Assembly (NCBI RefSeq): GCF_000172995.2
Contig: NC_014729.1
Coordinates: forward strand, 720,001-752,000
Length of the DNA: 32,000 nucleotides
Source of the DNA: Halogeometricum borinquense DSM 11551
GTDB lineage: Archaea; Halobacteriota; Halobacteria; Halobacteriales; Haloferacaceae
Direction: 5' to 3'
Made by a program: the position numbers and the translations under genes. How positions within the stretch are numbered: the first letter of the stretch is position 1; every line of letters starts with the position of its first letter. Below the pieces are notes generated by a model that did not search any database, was not told where the DNA came from, and saw only the letters and a program-made list of their open reading frames with translations. Shown piece after piece: positions 8,521 to 16,671 of this stretch.

Positions 8521-8672
8521 GTCTTGATCCTGACTCTGTTTTGCTCCCGCTCCGTTTCGCCCCCGACTTTGCTTTGGTCCTGACTCCGCTTTGGTCCTGA
8601 CTCCGCTTTGGTCCTGACTCCGCTTTGGTCCTGACTCCGTCTCGACTCTGGCTCCGTTTCGAGCCTGACACT
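8521..8672. repeat. 17-nt-period tandem repeat (minisatellite): four perfect GCTTTGGTCCTGACTCC units flanked by degenerate units
   Basis: Perfect units at 8571-8587, 8588-8604, 8605-8621 and 8622-8638. Degenerate units at 8521-8537, 8538-8553 (16 nt), 8554-8570, 8639-8655 and 8656-8672. Counted directly from the sequence. Confidence 0.95.
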
Positions 8673-8811
8673 GTCACCGCGCTCCGTTGTCGTCTTCTCT
8701 CGTACCGTCCAGCGACGGCGCTAACCCCCCAGAGCGCGTCGATCCGACTTCGATTCACTCGGTCTTACGAAATTCGAAACTCTGTTTCGCATCTCGTAGT
8801 AATCCGCCGGG

Positions 8812-8818
8812 CTTATTA
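8812..8818 (+). promoter_or_regulatory. TATA-like box of carB
   Basis: CTTATTA at 8812-8818 is centred about 25 nt upstream of the carB ATG at 8840, consistent with a leaderless transcript. Confidence 0.35.
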
Positions 8819-8839
8819 CGATGTACCGATTTCGTCTCC

Positions 8840-11800
8840 ATGATGACTGACGAGGACACCTCGACTGGCTCTCAGGACGGGAGCGAGAACCGGACCATTC
8901 TACTCATTGGAAGTGGGCCCATTCAGATCGGACAGGCTGCTGAGTTCGACTACTCCGGCGCGCAGGCGTGTCGAGCACTGCAGGAGGAAGGGGCACGAGT
9001 CGTCCTCGTCAACTCGAATCCTGCGACGATCATGACCGACCCGGAGATGGCTGACAAGGTCTACATCGAACCCATTACCACCGAAGCCATCTCGGAGGTC
9101 ATCGCAAAGGAGAACCCTGACGGGGTTATCGCCGGACTCGGTGGACAGACCGGGCTGAACGTTACCGCCGAACTCGCGGAGGAAGGGGTCCTTGAGGAGT
9201 ACGACGTGGACATCATGGGGACGCCGCTTGACACCATCTACGCGACGGAGGACCGCGACCTGTTCCGTCAGCGTATGGAGAACATCGGCCAACCGGTTCC
9301 GCGTTCGACCACCATCTCCCTCGAAGACGACGAATCCGTGACGTCCATCACGGAAGACGACCTGAGTGACCGCGTTGAAGCGGCCGTCGAGGAAGTCGGC
9401 GGCCTCCCCGTCATCGCCCGTACGACGTACACGCTGGGCGGGTCGGGATCCGGCGTCGTCCACGAGATGGACGAACTCGTCGCCCGCGTCCGCAAGGGAC
9501 TTCGCCTCTCGCGTAACAGCGAAGTGCTCATCACCGAGTCCATCTCGGGATGGGTCGAACTGGAGTACGAAGTGATGCGCGACGCCGACGACTCCTGTAT
9601 CATCATCTGCAACATGGAGAACATCGACCCGATGGGTATCCACACCGGCGAGTCGATGGTCGTCACGCCGTCGCAGGTGATCCCCGACGAAGGACACCAA
9701 GAGATGCGCGACGCCGCGCTCGAAGTGATCCGTGAACTCGGGATTCAGGGCGGCTGTAACATCCAGTTCGCGTGGCACGACGACGGCACGCCCGGCGGCG
9801 AATACCGCGTGGTCGAAGTGAACCCGCGCGTCTCTCGTTCGTCGGCACTGGCCTCGAAGGCGACTGGTTACCCCATCGCCCGCGTGACGGCGAAGGTCGC
9901 CCTCGGCAAGCGTCTCCACGAGATTGAAAACGAGATTACGGGTGAGACGACGGCGGCCTTCGAGCCCGCAATCGACTACGTGGTGACGAAGATTCCGCGG
10001 TGGCCCAAAGACAAGTTCGACGACGTGGATTTCGAGCTTTCGACGGCGATGAAGTCCACAGGCGAGGCGATGGCTATCGGACGGACGTTCGAGGAGTCAC
10101 TCCTGAAGGCGCTCCGTTCGACCGAGTACGACCCCGCCGCCGACTGGGGCGAGGTCTCCGACGACGAACTCGAATCCGAGTATCTCGAAAAGCCGACGCC
10201 GGACCGTCCGTACGCCATCTTCGAGGCGTTCGAGCGCGGCTACACGGTTGAAGACGTGGTCGAACTGACCGACATGAAGACGTGGTACGTCGAACGGTTC
10301 AAGCGCGTGACCGACTCTGTGGCCGCTGCACAGGACGGCGACTTCACGGCCGCCGCCACCGCCGGTCACACGAACGCTGAAATCGCCACCACGACGGGAA
10401 GCGACGTTTCCGCTGTCGAGGCGGACGTTCCCGGTCGCACGTACAAGCAGGTAGACACCTGCGCCGGCGAGTTCGCCGCACAGACACCGTACTACTACTC
10501 CTCGCGGAAGCCCGAGTTCTACTCCGGTTCCTCCACGGGAGACGATGCGGCGGGCGAACTCCGTGTTGACCGCGATGTCGAGAGCGTCGTCGTCGTCGGC
10601 GGCGGTCCCATCCGTATCGGACAGGGTGTCGAGTTCGACTACTGCTCGGTCCACGCCGTCCGCGCACTCCGTGAGATGGGTATCGACGCACACGTCGTCA
10701 ACAACAACCCCGAAACGGTCTCGACCGACTACGACACCTCAGACGGCCTGTTCTTCGAGCCGATTACGGCAGAAGAAGTCGCGGACGTTATCGAGGCAGT
10801 TGACGCCGACGGCGTGATGGTCCAGTTCGGTGGACAGACCTCGGTCAACATCGGCCACCCGCTCGAAGCGGAGATCCAGCGCCGCGACCTCGACTGTGAG
10901 ATTCTCGGGACGACCGTGGACGCGATGGATCTCGCGGAGGACCGCGACCGGTTCAACGTCCTGATGGACGAACTCGGAATCCTGCAACCCGAAGGTGGCA
11001 CGGCAACGAGCGAGGAGGAAGCGCTCGAACTCGCCCGCGATATCGGCTACCCCGTCCTCGTCCGCCCGTCGTACGTTCTCGGCGGTCGCGCGATGGACGT
11101 GGTTCACTCCGACGAGGAACTGAAGACGTACATCGAGGAAGCAGTTCGCGTCTCGCCGGACAAGCCCATCCTCGTGGACGAGTTCCTCGCCGACGCCGTC
11201 GAACTCGACGTAGACGCCGTCGCAGACGGGCGCCGCGCACTCATCGGCGGCGTGATGGAACACGTCGAGAGCGCCGGTGTCCACTCCGGCGACTCCGCGT
11301 GTATGATTCCGCCGCGGTCGCTTGACGAGGAGACGATGGGGCGCGTCCGCGAAGTCACCGAAGATATCGCCACGGCTCTCGATACGGTGGGTCTGCTGAA
11401 CGTCCAACTCGCTGTCAAGGACGGAGATGTGTACGTGCTCGAAGCGAACCCGCGTTCCTCGCGTACCGTGCCGTTCGTCTCGAAAGCGACGGACGTCCCC
11501 ATCGCCAAACTCGCCGCGAAAGTGATGGCGGGCGAGACGCTCGAAACGCTGGGTGCGACAGAGCAGATTCCCGAACACGTCTCGGTCAAGGAAGTTGTCC
11601 TTCCGTTCGACCGTCTGCCGAACTCCGACCCCCGTCTCGGCCCGGAGATGAAGTCTACGGGTGAAGTGATGGGCACCGCGCGGTCGTTCGGTCGCGCCTA
11701 CGACAAGGCGCAGGACGCGACGAGCAAGCCGGTTCCCGAATCGGGCACGGCCATCGTTGACCTCTCCGCCGAGGAGTTCCCCGACGAGGGAACCGAAGCG

Positions 11801-12079
11801 GGCGAGGAACTTCGTGAGGGCTTTGCGGACCACTTCGACCTCGTGTCGTTCGAGGATACGGAGGAACGCGACGCCGCGATTCGTGCGGGCGAAGTTGACC
11901 TCGTGGTATCGCGCAACCGCGACTTCCTCGAACTGTGTGTCGAAGAGGAGATCACGTACTTCTCGACGCACGCCTCCGCCTCGGCCGCGCTCGAAGCGGT
12001 CGAGTCGAAGGACGAATCGCTCGACGTCCTCGCTATCTCCGAACGTCCCAAGCAGACGGCCGACTGGGGCGCGAAGTAA
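8840..12079 (+). CDS. carB: Carbamoyl-phosphate synthase large subunit
   Basis: Two ATP-grasp halves, each opening with the hallmark block (ILLIGSGPIQIGQAAEFDYSG and VVVVGGGPIRIGQGVEFDYC), VVEVNPRVSRSSALASKATG and VLEANPRSSRTVPFVSKAT, and a C-terminal MGS-like domain. Start set at the ATGATG at 8840; the track ORF from 8687 adds a non-homologous extension. Confidence 0.95.
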   Translation: MMTDEDTSTGSQDGSENRTILLIGSGPIQIGQAAEFDYSGAQACRALQEEGARVVLVNSNPATIMTDPEMADKVYIEPITTEAISEVIAKENPDGVIAGLGGQTGLNVTAELAEEGVLEEYDVDIMGTPLDTIYATEDRDLFRQRMENIGQPVPRSTTISLEDDESVTSITEDDLSDRVEAAVEEVGGLPVIARTTYTLGGSGSGVVHEMDELVARVRKGLRLSRNSEVLITESISGWVELEYEVMRDADDSCIIICNMENIDPMGIHTGESMVVTPSQVIPDEGHQEMRDAALEVIRELGIQGGCNIQFAWHDDGTPGGEYRVVEVNPRVSRSSALASKATGYPIARVTAKVALGKRLHEIENEITGETTAAFEPAIDYVVTKIPRWPKDKFDDVDFELSTAMKSTGEAMAIGRTFEESLLKALRSTEYDPAADWGEVSDDELESEYLEKPTPDRPYAIFEAFERGYTVEDVVELTDMKTWYVERFKRVTDSVAAAQDGDFTAAATAGHTNAEIATTTGSDVSAVEADVPGRTYKQVDTCAGEFAAQTPYYYSSRKPEFYSGSSTGDDAAGELRVDRDVESVVVVGGGPIRIGQGVEFDYCSVHAVRALREMGIDAHVVNNNPETVSTDYDTSDGLFFEPITAEEVADVIEAVDADGVMVQFGGQTSVNIGHPLEAEIQRRDLDCEILGTTVDAMDLAEDRDRFNVLMDELGILQPEGGTATSEEEALELARDIGYPVLVRPSYVLGGRAMDVVHSDEELKTYIEEAVRVSPDKPILVDEFLADAVELDVDAVADGRRALIGGVMEHVESAGVHSGDSACMIPPRSLDEETMGRVREVTEDIATALDTVGLLNVQLAVKDGDVYVLEANPRSSRTVPFVSKATDVPIAKLAAKVMAGETLETLGATEQIPEHVSVKEVVLPFDRLPNSDPRLGPEMKSTGEVMGTARSFGRAYDKAQDATSKPVPESGTAIVDLSAEEFPDEGTEAGEELREGFADHFDLVSFEDTEERDAAIRAGEVDLVVSRNRDFLELCVEEEITYFSTHASASAALEAVESKDESLDVLAISERPKQTADWGAK

Positions 12080-12104
12080 CCCTCTCTGTCCGCTCGGCAC
12101 CTCG

Positions 12105-12117
12105 TTCGTTTTGTTTT
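12105..12117 (+). terminator. T-rich tract downstream of carB (TTCGTTTTGTTTT)
   Basis: Lies about 26 nt after the carB TAA (12077-12079) in a 36-nt convergent spacer. It overlaps the stop codon of the minus-strand gene. Confidence 0.3.
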
Positions 12118-12571
12118 ATTTCGTCGTCTGGAGGAGATACACTACCACGCCGAGCAGTAGGTATAGCCCGGCTACGGTTGCGGTGTCTCTGACTTCGCCG
12201 CCGACAACCCGCGATGCGTAGAAGGCAGTCGTCTCCATGATGCCGAAGGAGATGACGACCGTCCCGACGAGTCGTCCGGCCTCACGGAGTTTCGGACGCA
12301 GTGACTGGTACGTCAACCCGTAGTCGGCACGCGACGGGCCGTCCCACGACACCCATCCGAGCCAGTTGACCGCTGTGAGAAATCCCGCGACGATGACGAC
12401 CGCAGAGAGGATGCCGCCGATCAAGACGAGGTCGATCACGCGGTCGAGTTCCCGCACCAGCACCGCCGCATACAGGTTGTTGACGACGCCGGCGGTGACG
12501 CCGATGACGATGGCGAGAAGCGTTCGCTCAGCGCGTTCGAACGGACCACCTCCCGACGTTGACTCGCTCAT
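12116..12571 (-). CDS. Membrane protein (4 TM), unknown function
   Basis: Hydrophobic helices LLAIVIGVTAGVVNNLYAAVLV, LVLIGGILSAVVIVAGFLTAVNWLGW, LVGTVVISFGIM and VAGLYLLLGVVVYLL. The ATG at 12571 (MSESTSGG) is preferred over the GTG at 12586. Confidence 0.55.
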   Translation of the reverse strand: MSESTSGGGPFERAERTLLAIVIGVTAGVVNNLYAAVLVRELDRVIDLVLIGGILSAVVIVAGFLTAVNWLGWVSWDGPSRADYGLTYQSLRPKLREAGRLVGTVVISFGIMETTAFYASRVVGGEVRDTATVAGLYLLLGVVVYLLQTTK

Positions 12572-12726
12572 GCGACTGTCGGGCACACGTTCCGCGACGT
12601 GTGAGTTATAGGCGACGGTGTGGCACTGTCGCCGGTGTCGTACGTCGGATTGAGTCCCACCGCGCCCACGCGCAGATTTTGTCCATCGAACGAACCGTTA
12701 TGTATGTTCGGGAACCACGTCATCGT

Positions 12727-13488
12727 ATGACAATCACGAGTGGACGCGTGTTGGTCGCCGGTGCGACAGGTGGGACCGGTCGCCGCGTCCTCGATGTCCT
12801 CCACACGTCCGACAGCGAGGTGGTCGTCCGCGCGCTGACTCGTTCGCCCGATTCGGAGTCTCCCCTCCGTGACCGTGGTGCGGACGAGGTCGTTATCGGT
12901 GACGTGATGAATCCCGACGACGCCGCCCGCGCGGTCGCTGATGTCGATGCCGTCATCTGTGCGCTCGGTTCATCATTGGGGCTGGACACGCTCACGTCCG
13001 ACTCGGCTGACGGCGAGGGCACGAAGAACCTCATCGATGCCGCCTGCAAGGCGGGCGTCGAGCAGTTCGTCCTCGTCTCATCGCTCGGCGTCGGTGACTC
13101 CGCACCGGGAATGCCGCTCGGACTCCGACTCCTGTTCCGCGGTCTCGGTGTTCTGCCGGCAAAAGCCCGCGCGGAGGCGCACCTCCGTGATTCCGGACTC
13201 ACGTACACGATTCTCCGCCCCGGCGGTCTGACGAACGCCGACGCGACGGGTGATATCGTTGTCGGTGAGGGCGGCGACACTGTCTCGGGGAGTATCCCAC
13301 GCGCCGACGTAGCCGGCCTCTGCGTCGCTTCGCTGTTTACGCCCGCGGCGACCAACAGAACGTTCGAGGTGGTCGCACAGGGGGGGCTCCGCGGCACACC
13401 CGAGGGTATCGTCGAAATCGACTGGCAGACTGCGCCTGCTGCGGCGCGAGGTGGCTCAACCGTAGAAGAAAGCGAATCCGCAGACTAA
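12727..13488 (+). CDS. NAD(P)H-binding atypical SDR (NmrA-like) protein
   Basis: Rossmann motif VLVAGATGGTGRRV right after the ATG at 12727 (MTITSGR...), plus VLVSSLGV and YTILRPGGL blocks typical of this family. The upstream part of the track ORF is discarded. Confidence 0.8.
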   Translation: MTITSGRVLVAGATGGTGRRVLDVLHTSDSEVVVRALTRSPDSESPLRDRGADEVVIGDVMNPDDAARAVADVDAVICALGSSLGLDTLTSDSADGEGTKNLIDAACKAGVEQFVLVSSLGVGDSAPGMPLGLRLLFRGLGVLPAKARAEAHLRDSGLTYTILRPGGLTNADATGDIVVGEGGDTVSGSIPRADVAGLCVASLFTPAATNRTFEVVAQGGLRGTPEGIVEIDWQTAPAAARGGSTVEESESAD

Positions 13489-14313
13489 CTAGTCCAGCTT
13501 TCCGAGCGCTTCGAAGAAATCAGACGAGGGACCGGCGAGTCGGACAGGATCGTCGGCCGTCGCTATCGTCACCTCGGTCGGCGGCGTGACGTACTGTCGC
13601 TGCCGCCCGTCGCTGACGACGACGGCCTCTTCGGCGTCGGTCACCGTGATCGTCACTTCGGCGTCCGGGGAGACGACGAGCGGTGGCATACCACCGTCCG
13701 GAGCCATCTCGTTTATCACGAGTCCTTCGACGCTCGGGTGGACGAGTGGGCCGCGTTCGCTGAGGTTGTAGGCTGTGCTTCCCGTCGGCGTTGCCACGAG
13801 GACGCCGTCGGCGTGCCCGCCAGAGTACAGCGAGCCGTCCACACGGACTTCGAGGCTGACGCCGCCGCCGTGGCCTCGTCGCGGTCCTTGGACGACGACC
13901 TCGTTCATCGCCGGATGCTCGGTCCAGCCGTCCGCCTCGGCGGCGATTCGCGGGACTTCTCGAACCGCGAGCGACTCTCCGTCTCGGAATCGCTCGACTT
14001 CGGCCATGACCGCCTCGACGGCATCGTCGGGACCGACGGCGTTCAGAAAGCCGACCTCACCGAGATTGACGCCGAGGATGGGAGTTCCACCCGCGCCGCG
14101 CGCCGTGAACAGAAACGTGCCGTCGCCGCCGATACTCACCACGAGATCAGCCGTCTCGACCGTCTCGACCGGGTGGCCTTCGACACCGAGCGTCTCCGCC
14201 GTCTCCGCATCGACACGTACTTCGACATCCGCATTGAGGAGTCGCTCTCGGAGGTCGTCGGCCAAGTACGCGGCTCGACTGTTCCCCCGTTGTGCGACGA
14301 TGGCCACCTGCAT
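13489..14313 (-). CDS. nadK: NAD+ kinase
   Basis: Hallmark motifs [17 protein letters not shown] and [12 protein letters not shown]. Start set at the ATG at 14313 ([10 protein letters not shown]); the 415-aa track ORF extension is Arg-rich and runs antisense to the neighbouring gene. Confidence 0.9.
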   Translation of the reverse strand: MQVAIVAQRGNSRAAYLADDLRERLLNADVEVRVDAETAETLGVEGHPVETVETADLVVSIGGDGTFLFTARGAGGTPILGVNLGEVGFLNAVGPDDAVEAVMAEVERFRDGESLAVREVPRIAAEADGWTEHPAMNEVVVQGPRRGHGGGVSLEVRVDGSLYSGGHADGVLVATPTGSTAYNLSERGPLVHPSVEGLVINEMAPDGGMPPLVVSPDAEVTITVTDAEEAVVVSDGRQRQYVTPPTEVTIATADDPVRLAGPSSDFFEALGKLD

Positions 14314-14501
14314 ACTCGTCTGCTGAGTTAATTCTCTCCCGGCAAAAGCCCACCGTCCCACAGTTCCGTCACGACCCGCGTCCGCGCGGCCACGGGCAAC
14401 ATTCATAGCCGCTGACTTCCACCTACCCACGACTGCGATGGAATCGACCGCTTTGCGTTCTCGTGTGGTCTGCCCCGTCAATCCCTGTGGAGGGACGACG
14501 C

Positions 14502-15764
14502 ATGAGTGACGACGACTGGTTCGAGCGGGCGTTTGACGACGAACCGGATAGCGACTCGGACGACGAGAGTGGCGCTGCAAGTGATCACGTTGAGAGAAGT
14601 GAAAGTGCTTCTGAGGGTGGTAGTGCCGCCGAAACCGAAACCACGCCTGAGAGCGATAGCGTAGCCGAGACCGACGACGCGCCCCCCGATGACGGGACAA
14701 CCGATGACGCCGTCCAACGTGACGGCACACCCGCATTCAAAGACGGAGCGAGTTCCGAGACCGACCCCGATACCGCGGAGACACCGACGGCAGACGCATC
14801 TGCGTCCCGTGATGACGCCGAGCGCGCGTTCGGGTTCGACGCCGGCGATGCGACACCGGAAGCAGAGACGTCTGACCCCGACCCGTTCGGCGGCGTTCGA
14901 AGTCGGGTCGATCAGTCATCGACGGATCGAGACGAACCCAATCCATTTTCTGAGGATTTCGCCGACGCGATGGGGAGCGCTCCCGCGTTCGGCGGCGAGT
15001 CTGAGGGTGGGCAGAATCCCCCGGACACGAGCACCGAGAGCTTCGACGACGAGGAGTTCGAATCAGACATCGACCGACTCGACATCGGTATCGAGGGGCT
15101 GGACGAGATGATTCTCGGCGGCGTGCCGAAACGCTCGCTCATGGTCACAATCGGCACTGCCGGGACCGGAAAGACGACGTTCGGCCTGCAGTTTCTCAAC
15201 CACGCCCTCGAAAACGGGGAGAAAGCCGTCTACATCACGCTCGAAGAGAGCCGCGACCGCATCTTCGACACGGCCGAAGAGAAGGGATGGCCGTTCCGAA
15301 AATACGCCGACGAGGACCGACTGGCTATCATCGACTTAGACCCCGTCGAGATGGCGAACAGTCTGGCGAGTATTCAGAACGATCTCCCCCGCCTTGTCGC
15401 CGACTTCGGGGCCGAGCGTCTGGTCCTCGACTCCGTCTCACTGCTCGAAATGATGTACGACCATCCATCGAAACGTCGGAGTCAGGTGTTCGACTTCGCT
15501 CGGGCATTGAAGGATGCGGGCGTGACTACGTTGCTCACCTCCGAAGCAAAGGAGAACAACCCCTACTCCTCGCGGCACGGTCTCGTCGAGTATCTCGCGG
15601 ATGCGGTGTTCGTTCTCCAGTACGTCCGCCCGAGCGACTTCCGGGAGACGCGACTGGCAATCGAGATCCAGAAGATACGCGATGCGAACCACTCCCGGGA
15701 GACTAAGCCGTACGACCTCACGAGTGACGGAATCAGCGTCTACCGACAGGCGAACATCTTCTAA
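14502..15764 (+). CDS. Single-domain KaiC/RecA-superfamily ATPase with a roughly 200-aa acidic low-complexity N-terminal region
   Basis: C-terminal domain: [36 protein letters not shown] (Walker A), RLVLDSVS (Walker B-like), and ending ...[12 protein letters not shown]-terminal region is rich in D/E/S/T/A/P. Start at the ATG at 14502 ([11 protein letters not shown]). Confidence 0.8.
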   Translation: MSDDDWFERAFDDEPDSDSDDESGAASDHVERSESASEGGSAAETETTPESDSVAETDDAPPDDGTTDDAVQRDGTPAFKDGASSETDPDTAETPTADASASRDDAERAFGFDAGDATPEAETSDPDPFGGVRSRVDQSSTDRDEPNPFSEDFADAMGSAPAFGGESEGGQNPPDTSTESFDDEEFESDIDRLDIGIEGLDEMILGGVPKRSLMVTIGTAGTGKTTFGLQFLNHALENGEKAVYITLEESRDRIFDTAEEKGWPFRKYADEDRLAIIDLDPVEMANSLASIQNDLPRLVADFGAERLVLDSVSLLEMMYDHPSKRRSQVFDFARALKDAGVTTLLTSEAKENNPYSSRHGLVEYLADAVFVLQYVRPSDFRETRLAIEIQKIRDANHSRETKPYDLTSDGISVYRQANIF

Positions 15765-15766
15765 CG

Positions 15767-15997
15767 CTATCGCTCGTCGGGTTCGGACGACTCGTCGTCG
15801 TCCAACGTGAACGTCCGCTTGCGAACCGACCCGCAACTGGGGCAGACGTGTCGGTACAGAATCTGATCACCGTTCGTTTCTGCGGTCCATTCGCCGCCGT
15901 CGTCCTCGTATCCGCAGTCAGGGCAGACGAGGTCTTCGTGTTCCATATGCGACCGTAATCGTTCGAACGGAGTCGATCCGGTATCATCGTGTTCCAT
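15767..15997 (-). CDS. Small zinc-ribbon protein with two CPxCG motifs (76 aa)
   Basis: CPDCG and CPSCG lie 27 residues apart, with acidic termini. The ATG at 15997 (MEHDDTGS) is preferred. Its stop is 2 nt from the stop of the KaiC-like gene. Confidence 0.6.
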   Translation of the reverse strand: MEHDDTGSTPFERLRSHMEHEDLVCPDCGYEDDGGEWTAETNGDQILYRHVCPSCGSVRKRTFTLDDDESSEPDER

Positions 15998-16173
15998 ACA
16001 GCCGCGTACTTTCTGGAAGCACAAAAAGTACTAGGTTAAATTACTGAATACGAATTATACTGGAGATATTATACGCAGCCAGCATCGACAACGGCTGTTC
16101 TGTACACCAGTCTTCTCTAATCCGTCTCGGTAGCGACTCCACGTTTCATTGTGACTCCGGCAGAGTACCGTAT

Positions 16174-16569
16174 ATGAGCGACGCGACGGACTGTCACGAC
16201 TATCCCTCTGACGAGCGGTATGCCACGCTTCGTGGTCGATACCTCTCGAAGACGACTGATCTCCGACTCAAGGAGGCAACGGCCGTTGCGTGGTCGGAAC
16301 TCGGTTACTCGCGGAGAGCAATCGCTCGGGAGATGGAAATCGGCGAGTCGACAGTCAAAGGCTACCACGAGAAGGCGATGGCGCTGTACGGACTCGAACT
16401 GTTAGAGGCACACGTCCCGGATGCCGAGCAGATCGATTACGACCGTATCGACGCCGAGTACGTTACCCAGTTGTCAGGTCGTCGAAAGCAGGCCTGGATC
16501 GACGCGTTCGACAGCCACCGTGGTAGGTTGCCGCAGGAGTGGGTGTCCGAGGTCGCTCCCGACAGGTAG
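16174..16569 (+). CDS. Putative HTH DNA-binding protein (sigma-70 region 4 / LuxR-like helix-turn-helix)
   Basis: The segment LKEATAVAWSELGYSRRAIAREMEIGESTVKGYHEKAMALYG has the look of a three-helix HTH. It is flanked by AT-rich spacers. No closer family recognised. Confidence 0.5.
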   Translation: MSDATDCHDYPSDERYATLRGRYLSKTTDLRLKEATAVAWSELGYSRRAIAREMEIGESTVKGYHEKAMALYGLELLEAHVPDAEQIDYDRIDAEYVTQLSGRRKQAWIDAFDSHRGRLPQEWVSEVAPDR

Positions 16570-16671
16570 CGACGGGTGAGTACGGTCAAGCCGCTCGGTG
16601 TCCGTTTGCTCTCCCACACAAAGATAACGGCCAGAAAACATATTGTGTTGGTAATTACCTATCAATAACCG

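Noticed and set aside
8521-8672. Possible CRISPR array
   Set aside because: The units are contiguous with no spacers, only 17 nt long, with no cas genes and no leader. It is a simple tandem repeat.
8195-8758. 187-aa minus-strand ORF (and plus-strand 8625-8843) running through the 17-nt repeat array
   Set aside because: A 17-nt period cannot maintain a reading frame per unit. The translation is basic Ser/Lys/Arg/Gly low complexity generated by the repeat itself, so it is treated as non-coding.
8687-8839. 51-codon N-terminal extension of carB in the track ORF
   Set aside because: The extension has no similarity to CarB N-termini, which begin just before the ILLIGSGPIxIGQ block. A TATA-like box at 8812-8818 fits the ATG at 8840.
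10739-12100. 453-aa minus-strand ORF, plus several shorter ones at 8900-9919 and 10097-10693, overlapping carB
   Set aside because: They are antisense shadows of a strongly supported gene in GC-rich DNA. The translations are Arg/His/Val-rich and basic, unlike the acidic haloarchaeal proteome, and carry no motifs.
14314-14736. Upstream extension of the nadK ORF to 415 aa, and likewise extensions of the ORFs at 1092-2291, 5569-6885, 17660-18436 and 23827-24699
   Set aside because: The extensions are Arg-rich, overlap neighbouring genes or their promoters, and internal ATGs give proteins of canonical length starting at conserved N-termini.
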